A stretch of DNA of 64,000 bases from contig CM120644.1 in the NCBI GenBank assembly GCA_051362555.1, positions 24,636,534 to 24,700,533 on the forward strand, read 5' to 3'. The notes beneath the pieces are model-generated. The model saw only the letters and a list, made by a program, of their open reading frames with translations. It did not search any database and had not been told where the DNA came from. The translations under genes were made by a program, and so were the position numbers. Shown piece by piece: positions 10,018 to 20,716 of the stretch. Each line of letters opens with the position of its first letter. Position 1 is the first letter of the stretch. The DNA comes from Lingula anatina. Its lineage: Eukaryota; Animalia; Brachiopoda.

Positions 10018-13000
10018 TTACTTCTTCTCGTTCATGTTGTGGTTGATATGATCATCAATGACATCACCAGCGCCACCTAGGACATCAGGTTCTTCAGAAC
10101 TCTGCTCCTCGCTCTCACTGCGTTCATCTTTCTCTACCTACCACCACAGAAATGTTTAAAGATCAAATATCAAAAGGTCAACTTTACAATGTTTTTGAAG
10201 ACAACTCTACATCATGAGCAATACTTTCTAAGCAAATCTAAATTAACTGCCTAAATAATGTCAATTAACAAAATGACAACTTTATAACTTAAACTATGTG
10301 TAACATATTAAATAACTTAAAAAAGATGCAGTAAAAAAAACATCATAGAAAACTTAACTTTTTTTAGCTAGATGAAATTTATTTCAGATTTGTATTTGGG
10401 TTCATTTTCAATTCCAGACTGTCAAAAATAGTCAATAACCTGTGGATTGTGTGCTACTGTTTTCTGTTGCGAGAATTTGTCATTGGTGTGTGTATGTGTG
10501 TGTGTGTACGAATGCTTTAAGAAAAGACTGGAAGGGAGAGGGGTGGGGTGGGGGAATGGGGGGACTGCTGTACTGCTAGCTTTTTTTTTTTTACATCCTG
10601 GGCAAATGAAAAATATATATAAAGAAAAGATAAAGAAATGGTAATAGCCAACAAGAATTGTGACTGCTTCAATGAAGTAACACCCATATACATTTTAAAA
10701 ATCATAACACTGTATAGTGATGTTGACGCACCTTTCCCAAGGCAAGCGAGTTGTAGATGACTCTACTGATCAGATAAGACCAGTAGAAGTGGAGGAGCTG
10801 GAGCACTACCACTGCAGCGATAAACACCTGCATGGAGGGGTACCAACCCATTATTACTGTACTCTCAAATAAAAAAGTATGGATTATCCTAGAAGATAGA
10901 ACAATGGCAACGGTATTGGAGAAACTGAGGCTAACCCAGAATACCACCACCTTGATTACCTGTGCTGATCATTTCTACCTAAGCAAGAATGCCAGATACT
11001 GTACACTATGATCTACAAAACCCTTTTCCTTCATTCAGCAGCCAAGTCATTCTGGCCACTGTTTGTTCCCAATCACAAATATAAACTCTTGGATGAAGAC
11101 AAATTAATGTTATATCATCAAATACAATCTGGCAAAAATGATCATAAAGCAAATTTATTATCAATAATTTGGATTGGTTTAGACCATTAACATCAACATT
11201 TCCATGTAGTTCAATTAAATGTCAAAGTGCAACAAAATTAATTTTTCTATAAAACTGAGTGCACTACCTCAACTTGATAATCTTTCATCGTCATCATCAT
11301 CACCATCATTGTTCCACTGTGGTGCCATTGGATTTCTGATACACAATACAATAGTAATCTTTCAACCCTACTACTACTGAAAATCCTAAGTCAAAAACCT
11401 TAAGCATTTGTCTGTTTAATGAGACACAAGCAACAACTGATAGGTAATAAAACGTTATTATATATATATGTGTGGGTGTGTGTGTGTGTGCATTTTTACA
11501 AGAAATTCATCATTTTATGTTTGAATTGATTTCTGCATTAAATTTATACATTTTTTATTGCTCAATATTGGATATACACAATCTGACAAAATTACATTGG
11601 GTGAAAATGTTATTGGCAGCAATTTCCACCCCAAATCAGGTGTTTATAATTGCTTATCAATAAATAATGTTTCATTAATATTGCTTCATATTTAAAAATC
11701 ATGATTGTCGATTAATTGTATTATTAAAAATATGTTTATCCGATACAAAATAGACACAAAACCTAGCAAAATCTTTAACAACATTCTGAAATAAAGTGCA
11801 ATATTTCATTAGTGCAATCATACCAGTATTGATGGTGGAGTCCACACTTACCTTGTAGGAAATATGATCAGTCTAGTGATGAGCCAGACCAGAGCAAACC
11901 CTACAAACAAGAAATCACACAGCTTCTGCCGACCTGCATATTTTGCCATCTTTGCTGCCTAGAACACAGAAATATATGACAAGTGCTGCCATCTAGTGAG
12001 TAGAGACCAGAGTTAACCAGCAAACATCTACATTTGTTTTCTTTTCCAAACTATGTATCTTTTTGTACATCAGAAGTGTTAATAATAATTAATAATACAT
12101 TATTAATAAAATATATAGTGAAGTCATTTTACAGGCATTTGGTATCAAATTAAAATGTAATGAAGGCTTTTATCAGTCAGGAAGTTTTTGATGGCGTTTC
12201 AGGAAAAAAGCCCCAACAGTCTGTGTGCGTGGGGGGTATTACATCTAGCCAAACGTCAGCAGCATTATGGACAGCTAACATCAGTGTTCCTATCCTGACA
12301 TAGTTACCGGACCAAGACATAGATATCAGGAAGATGGTCACAATGTGGTGCAGGAACGTCTCCCAGAAATCCTGAAAAAGAAATTATAGAGAAAATAAAG
12401 TCATGTATAAAATCAATTAACTAAAGGCTGATTTACTGATAACTAGAGGACCAGAGAGCGATTGCGGGTCCGGATATTGTACCACTAGCTGGAGTAAGTG
12501 CATTCGTATGCCTTTTTCTCCCACCATTTTTTCTTAGAGCAGTTGGACCCCTTTTTAAATAACCGTCGTATGAGCCGGTGACTCCCAGGGGGTACAGAGA
12601 CACCACTTAATATGAACATAATAATAATAATAATAAATTAACCCTTGTATCACCATACTGTACCTTTCTTTTGATGTCAACAAAGTGTGAGGCGGAGAGA
12701 GACCAGTAGAAGGCTAACTCTAACATATAGTACCAGAATACATCATCTGACACATGCTGGGGAGGAAAGAAACCAATATTATAGACATATTTTTCCCTTT
12801 TAAGGCAAAAATGACATTTTGATTTTTAAACATACATACCGGTGTGGATATAACTCCGTTTTTATATTAGCTGCCGTTAAACAACTGTCTTTGCATACAT
12901 TAGATACATATTAGTGTTTGCTCTATATAAAAGCAATGATATAAATGTTTCAGTCACTTAGCCATGGAGTCCATAATACTAGCCTATAGGGAAGAGAGAT

Positions 13001-16000
13001 AGAGTGGATTACCTGGTCTGGATAGCCTATCCAGCAATTCCGTATCTCCCAAAACCATGGTTTCTGCAGTTCCAGAGAAATTAATTAACTTCAACATATA
13101 ACATAATGGTTTCAAAGTAAAACAATATACATTTACTTAAATACACCTTTCATCATTATTTATTTATATAAGTTTGATGATAACAATTAAAATCAAGACT
13201 GTCTCTGCCTTCCATTCTTAAATATCCCTGTTTGAACAGTGTTAACAATGATAGGGTCTATTGTTCCAACTTACATCCCATAATATGGTGATACCGTACA
13301 CAAAGGCTGATAGGTAGAAACAAAACCTCCAGCTAAAAAAGAACAAACAGGAAACTCTACACACTGGAAGTGCTAAAATGCTTCTTTAGTTTGCCACCAA
13401 CATAACGTGTTGCCATGGCAACAGCAATAAGAGACAAACGAATTTTGGGCTTGCTGTTAATTATGGTCTCAGAGGAACATGATGTAAAAATGGATTGTGA
13501 AAGTAACAATAACGATGGATCTGGTTTGGACAGTGTAAAATCAGGTTTTAGCTGTGGTCCCAGAGATGATGTATGCCTACAAATCAATGGTATAGTTTAT
13601 ACGCCATACTGGGCTGGGTTGTATGAAAGCCGTATAGCACTATACACCGGATAACTCTATACAGTGTGTAAATGCCCTATACGGCGTATAGCTAAACGGT
13701 GGATAAATAAACGGTGGATAAATATGCATTGTATAAAGAGCGTATAAACAGGCGGTTAGTTAAACGGTGGATAAAATTGAAGATAGTTGCTATGAACAAC
13801 TTGGTCTATGTCCATATTTGGTTACCCATCAGACACTGTTGCTAAATCACTTTACTGATAAAACAAATCCAAGAAATTGACAATAGATTAATTTCTTTTC
13901 ATATATTATTCATTTTTATTTAGCATTTATGTAGGCCTACTGTTCATCTTTGTCTCAAATACAAGACTTAATTATTGCAATCAAACGCTGAAATGAACAA
14001 AAGAAACTGGCAAACACTGAGATTAAATGCATTGTAGGTGAAAATTCATTTTTAACTTGTAGTGTTAATTGTTGTTCATGAATAATTTTACATGTGAATA
14101 TTATATTCTAAAAGAAATGTAGAGAAATTGCTTTACATTATTTACTATTTTCAATTTTATTATTTATTTTACTACTTGTGCATTATATGTGCTGATGAAA
14201 ATGTACATGTAATGTTATTTATACAAGGGTATCACATTGAACACAATAATTGAACACATTCAATTACGAAACATAATGAATAGATGATTACGGTCTGAAA
14301 CGGTACACAAATAATCTTAATCTGGATCAGTACTTTTATATCTACATATATGTGAAATATTAATGTTTGTTTGAAAAGTTTTGAAATATATCCCCTGGTT
14401 GCTGGTGTTGAGGTGGAAAAAATGTGCACAATGTGGATGCTTCCAGGCCACTGGGAGACAATACATGTAAATCTACATGAAAAAAGAAAAGAAATGAATA
14501 TTAAGAATGATTTGAAAAGGGGAAGGGGGTGGGGGAGACAATAATTAAAACAATAATAATGGTGAAAGCACATCATTTTTGGAACATTTTCTTTTTTTTT
14601 CAATATAGTCAAAGAAATATTCAGTTTGCATTTATGAGATAGAATATGATAAGGTGATGAAAATAAAATTCAATTAATATATTAGCATTTAATTCCATCA
14701 TGTATAGTCCTTATTTACTTTGCAGTTTAAAAGGGCCTACTTTTTAATAACCAAATAAATAGAAAGTAAAGTAATCAACACATTCCCAAAGTTTTAAAAT
14801 GGAAATTAACTTAATTTTTGTAATTATGTGGTTCTGCAATGATTTTGTTATTCATTAAAAAAAGATTATAGACTATTAAGGTAGATTGCATTAGCTGCAC
14901 CTGCATAAACATTGCTTGCACATTCAGTCACACTGAAGAAGCCAAGGTCATGGCCACAAAAATGGCCGACTTTCAAAGTTGAACCACGAATGCTGCAGAT
15001 GTTGGACGTGTTATTTACGGTGAGCTCTTCAAATTTATGCTTTGAATATGTAATAAAGATCAATATCTTTGTGGTCACATATAGCCTGAGCATTCAAACT
15101 GTGGTATTTCTTTCTGTTCACCAATGCAGGCTCATTCAACGTGGGCACTGTTATCCTAATGCGAGTTCCGTCCACAGCCGATGACCCCAGGGAATCTGGC
15201 AATCCTAAAAAAAGCCACGCCGGATCGTGGCCTTCTTCCTCTCTCTTCTCTGTCTAGGTGGACTATACTGCTGAGGATTCCTGTGGAACCTCAGCAGGCA
15301 TGCCATTTTTATCCACTGTATAACTATTTAAACGACCTCCCTGAGACGTATAACTTTAACCGACCGTTTAGCAGATTTATCCACCGTATAAAGTTATACG
15401 TCTTTCATGCAACCGTATAGGAACCGTATAAGTTACACGGCTGATTTATCCAGCGTATAGTGCTATACGGCTTTCATACAACCCAGCCCTGGGCGTATTG
15501 CCATCGGTGCCGTTGTTCTTCACAGGGTTATTAAGTGCTGTACCTGAATCTGTTATGTCTAAAAATTACAGCAGGCACATTAAAAAATATAAAATGTTTG
15601 TTAGGAAGCAGGTGTAATTTGGACTGTTTATATCTGACATATTTGAGTGTTTCCAGGCAGCTGGCAGCACAATGTTAACATTATGATATATAAAACAGAA
15701 ACTGAGAGAGATAATCTGAGGTTCAGACATGAAATAGAGCATGTAAAAAAATTGTCACATCTGTATATGTGAACTAACTAGTTTGTAGTCCGAGGGTCAA
15801 ATATGGCAACCCATTACAAAAATTGTCGTCTAAACCGCTTATAGACACTGAATAGATTTCCCGTGGAGAAGTATTTAATACCCCCGTCACACTTATTCGG
15901 AATCAGCAGGAATGAAGAAGAATGAGCACGAACGATGAATTTTTAAAATTCGAAACACATTCGGGGGGAAATTTTCAAATTGACCTTAATTATTGTAAGA

Positions 16001-19000
16001 GGACCGTTGGAATACTCAGAATGCGCTTGAATTCGCCTGGAATGATGAGTGCATTTTCGACTGTGTAGCTCTCAAAAGCAGTTCGAATGTAGTTGGAAAA
16101 TTAGGAATATTTATAATGCCGTAGAAGGCAGTAAGAATATTTAGAACATACTTTGAACGGCGCACTAGTGTAGTTCGATTGCTGGCAAAATTATTATTTC
16201 AGCTCATCCGAGGCACATTCGAAACATTCTGGCGGAGTATAAAATCATTTAATGCCCGTCACACTAGAGGCGGAATGATTAAGAATGGCGTCGGAAATAC
16301 AATCCTTTGTGCGTTCCAGGATGTTCGAATAGCATTCTAAAAACATTCTAAAAATTCTGAGTGCATTCCAAATATTTTAACACATTCTTGTGGCCGGCTC
16401 GAATGTTTTTGTCATGTCAAAAACTTTCGAAGTGCATTCCAAGAGGAAATTTATCGAATGACATTTGAACAGTATTCTAACTGCACTATGACTGCATTCT
16501 AAATATTCTCACGGCCTTCCGACAGCATTCGAAACATTATGATCAGTTACCATTCCTGTGGCGTTATCTATACACTCTGGGCATCGTGTTACATTCTAAA
16601 CATGTTAGAAAGTAATTTTAATTAAGTATTTTAGGTATTTCAGCTGCATAATGTTTGAATTCTTTATATTTCAAACCATCATTGGCAGCCATACCGGGAG
16701 CAGTTAACTGCATTTGAGTTCGCTTCGTATATCATTCGAGGCATCTTCTTACATACTTCTGCCTGTATTCGGCCAGCAGTCAAACCACAATCATACGGGA
16801 TTTGAATTTCATTCGGAATATTCTGACTGCAATTTGAAATTCCCTCCCGATTATGGCACGAATTTTTCAATTTATTCATTCTGGCTGGTTCTACCTATAT
16901 TACTGCTGGTTCCGAATAAGTGCGACGGGGACCTTAAGTCGCGCACCAGTTCAGAATGGGTTAAAGTATTTGAAATGCACTCAGAATTTTTAGAATGCTC
17001 TTTGAATATCCAGGAATGCACAAAGGATTGTCTTTCCGATGGCATTCATGTTCATTCTGTCTCTAGTGTGACGGGGGTATAAGCGGGTCGGTTCTGTTTG
17101 ACCCTCCGACTACGGCAGTTAGCCCACTGCTGTGAAAGCGGCCTAATAGAAACAGCATGTCACAAGATTTGAAAACTAATTAAACTGTTCAAATAAATTA
17201 CCAATTATAACTATATTCTAAATGAGAAAACAAACAAAATCACAAATGATGAGTAGCCGCGTTTTACGCAATCATAGCAATCTCTTCATACCTATTTTCC
17301 GAGAATTTTACAATATCACTGGGTCTGCCCAGATTCCTCCTGAGTCGAAACCATCGCTCTACGCGCCGCCTGGTCCAATCTGTTTGTTTTACTATGGCCT
17401 GAAATAATGGGAAAAACATTTAAACTTGAGTAAATATAACAGTATAAAAGTCAACAAGTACAGTTATGAAACTGTATTTCTAATGATTATGAGCCAAATA
17501 TTTATTTTAACGGCTGCATCAAGATCAGTATAAATTAAAATAACATAATATAATAACATACTTTTTATAAATCCTGTGTAGCCAGTTTTACCAAGTGGAA
17601 ACTAGATGTGATATTCTTGCGCTAACAAATCCTTTAGAATTGTCAAAAATTTCCATTTAAAAGAAAAGTTTGCATTTTAAAATCCGCTCACCTGTAATTG
17701 TTTATCACTCGGGTTTTTATTTCTTTTAAATTCACTTTCTAATATGGGATTTTTCGGGACTTGAACAATTACTTTTCCCTTCACTCCCAAATGTACAGCA
17801 ATAGGAGAAGCTATGTACCTAGGTAAAGACATAATAAAAACTAATAATGTGCCATGAATATGGAATCTGGTGAAAGTGGCCATTATTAACAAGATACTGC
17901 TCTGGAGACACTGGGAATATTAAAATAATTCATTCTCAGCCTATGTGCTCAGAATCTTAATGCTCTTTCCATGATGCATTGCTTACTCAAACAGTTCCTG
18001 GTGACCTCCCCGACTCCACAAGCGCGCCTTTAAACGGATTAAACCTCTGCTCCAAGGTTTAATTGCTAGGTCCTACAGCGACGGCGCGAGTGGAGGCGGG
18101 GAGGCCATCAGGAGGCATAGACATCACTTTTGAACTGTGGTCGGCCATATCCATTCTGAATGGGATCAAACTGACAGCCGAGTATCAGCGGCGAGGGCCA
18201 GTGTGTTCCCCACATTATATAATCTGTACTGAATTACGTGAATGTAAATAGGCAGGTGTCTCAGTGTTCCTAGGTAATGACACAGAGCCACAAGGTAAAT
18301 ACAGATGACCTGTCTGTTATCAAACAGCAGAGCAGAATGAATTGAACATCTTACAGCAGCATCTATTATTTACTATGACATAATTAATACCCTTCCATTC
18401 AGAAATGCACAAAAGCTAATACAACACTACATATGACTGTTATAAGACATTAACACTCAAACAATGGGTATCACTTCTATCTTGTTAACACTATTTCAGC
18501 AGTGTGCATCGACTGCGGTAGGGCAACCAATTTTTTAAATTTTTAATTAATTAATTCTTATTTATTTATTTATTTTATTTATTTATTGTCATTTTTTTTT
18601 TTTTTTTTTTGCTTATCCAAATTACTTCTTTTCGTCGCTTTTTTCTCTATATGGTTTAAATAGGGATAGAATAAGTCTAATCAACCCTATCCTGTTTATC
18701 TAAATTAAGTCAGTTTAAGCATTTAGCTAAACTGCTGAGTGTTACCACTACCCCAGATTGGTCTCAGTTCACATGTCCTACATAAAGAGAATTTGGATTG
18801 AGGACTTAAGGTCAATCAAAAGAAAAATCAATCAAGCCACCTTCACCCCATTAATTTGCCACTGATCCCCAATATGCTATACAGTACCTTTTATTGTCAA
18901 AAGAATAGAACCATTCATTCATTGATTCAGATTACAATTATTGATTCAATCATCGTCACAACGGGCTAAGAATGACTGTTTTGCGGTAAGTATAGTTACT

Positions 19001-19922
19001 GGCGCTACTAGTAAAGTGTTAGCAGAAGTACATATCAGACATGCTTTCTTTCATTTCCCTTCAATTAACAGTATTAAAACTGATAAGAAAGATAGCAACA
19101 GCACGTTGTTAAACTTCGTATACCACAGTGTACAGACCGCACAAAATTTTTGATACGTGTAATTATTTTAAATTGAGTCGCGGGCATGGGCACGCGGCTC
19201 GTAGTCGTAGTGTAATTGTCCCTATCTCTTTAATTGGTCTCTGTCAACTTAAAGTTTACCTTACTTTATTGGCCTTTATCTAAAGTTACGATAATTTGCG
19301 GCCACGCGGTCAGACACGCCAATATCTGAGGTATAAAGCCAGGTAGCAGCTAAGAAATAAATAGAGTTTTAGATTTTATAACGAAGCTGTGGTTTTGCGT
19401 TACTTTTCTCTCCGGGCATAACTCAAGTCGTGGACTGAACCTTGAAATATCCAGCATTGGGATTAGAGCCCATATATTAAATTATACCCCGCGGTATCTT
19501 TAAGAACCCAGTACAAGGGTGCCAAGATATGTAATAAAAACGGGAAATTCAAAAAATATCTTATTTAATTCAAGACAATGAGTGAATAACCCATGCAATA
19601 CGACCTCTTACATTTTAACATTAAAAGCATATGCAACATTTTAATAGACTGGTGTTTAATGTCCATCTTGACCATCCAGTCTTAATCCTGCTGATAAGTG
19701 GGCGTTCACCAAACACCTGGTCAACACAAATACTGACCTCTCGAAGAGTGGCCTTAGCACCAAAAGCACTGCCGCTATTGGAATAGAATACCAGATAAGA
19801 TCTTGCACTTGTGGATGATATATTCCATTATCTGTATTTTCTAAATGTTTCCACGTAAAGCCTTCTGGAAGCCAAAATTTTTCGTTCCAAAACAATGCAC
19901 ATAACGTCCGCCAAGCTTCCAT
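10018..19922 (-). CDS. Ceramide synthase (CerS5/6-like, homeodomain + TLC/Lag1 domain), duplicate copy A, 10 exons, 377 aa
   Basis: Exons (minus strand): 19738-19922, 17692-17818, 17292-17398, 13275-13332, 13013-13063, 12664-12756, 12243-12371, 11852-11958, 10732-10888, 10018-10137. All GT-AG; total 1134 nt, open. Motifs [19 protein letters not shown] (Hox helix 3), [31 protein letters not shown]. Confidence 0.93.
12442..12511 (-). mobile_element. 3'-end fragment of the Helentron/HINE-like family seen at 53831-56033
   Basis: aactagaggaccagagagcggattgcgggtccggatattgtaccactagctggagtaagtgcattcgtatg is the near reverse complement of ~55962-56031; absent from the matching intron of copy B. Confidence 0.75.
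13612..15488 (-). mobile_element. Decayed PIF/Harbinger DNA transposon with transposase remnants
   Basis: TIR ggctgggttgtatgaaagccgtatagcactatac / gtatagtgctatacggctttcatacaacccagcc; CTG duplicated at 13609-11 and 15489-91; minus-strand peptides [37 protein letters not shown] (~15060-15203, frameshifted) and [14 protein letters not shown] (~14430-14472) match HARBI1-type DDE motifs; empty site in copy B near 40320. Confidence 0.88.
15772..17125. mobile_element. MITE family 2 copy, split by a nested insertion
   Basis: actaactag..gagggtcaaatatggc..gaagtatt[insert]gcgggtcgg..tttgaccctc; an uninterrupted homologue is at ~37230-37405. Confidence 0.7.
15879..17079. mobile_element. Non-autonomous Harbinger-like element (1.2 kb) with TAA target duplication
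   Basis: TIR tacccccgtcacact / agtgtgacgggggta; TAA at 15876-78 and 17080-82; internal TIR-like copies at ~16254 and ~16910-16931; interior rich in gaatg/cattc. Confidence 0.82.
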
Positions 19923-20495
19923 TTCGGTCTGCTGAGATCTCGTGCCAGACGAGATTTTACGTGAACGATCTGACATCAAGGCTCTTAGAATGGCGCGAGA
20001 TACACTGTAACACGTCACAGTTTGTGCGTTAGTACACGTGTTTAGAATAGATTTTCCTTTGGTCGGGCAGTAAGCGATTTTTTTTACAGAAGCAATAAGC
20101 AAAGGCGGGTGAAAATGATACATTAATTGTTTTTAACGAAACTGCTGTTGTGACCGTGCATTTCCCTACCTTCACCAGGGGTAATCCTAGAGAGGGGTGA
20201 GGAACGACCATTGTTCTCGTCAGAGAGGCTAGCCATGTTCAGGGTATGTTGATGTACGAACAGACAGAAAAACATGAAATGTGGGAACGTTACTAATGAA
20301 GCCACTGGTAGTAGCAGTAGTAGATATTAGTTTGTAGTCTTGAACAAGCACTTCGATGTCGAGCTAACAGTTGTCAAAAACAAAATGCCCCAGTGCGGTA
20401 CATCGACTACTGTTCCTGCGTGCCGCAAAGGCCAAGCCCTAATTGCCCTTGAAGGTTACAAACCAGTATATATGGTGCTGGCGGTTATGCTCGTC

Positions 20496-20716
20496 TTAGA
20501 CCCCATTCCCACAGATTTTAGATCGATCTATCCCTGTAGGGAGTCTCACTAGATTACTGTCAGCTTAGCCGGCTTAAGCGTCTGTCCCGCCTACTAAAAG
20601 CTGTAAGGGGGTAATTAACTGTCGTGCACGCACGGCTGACTGCAATTTAGCGTGAACCCCCAGGGAATTATGTCGATCCGGATGGATCGATCTTAATCTC
20701 TGGGAATGCACTCTTA
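20496..20716 (-). mobile_element. MITE family 1 copy (reverse)
   Basis: Reverse complement of 776-987; TTA on both flanks (20496-98, 20714-16). Confidence 0.85.

Noticed and set aside
19923-20123. N-terminal extension of CerS-A suggested by the ORF track
   Set aside because: Not shared with copy B beyond ~60 nt; the ATG at 19922 matches B and the family N-terminus.
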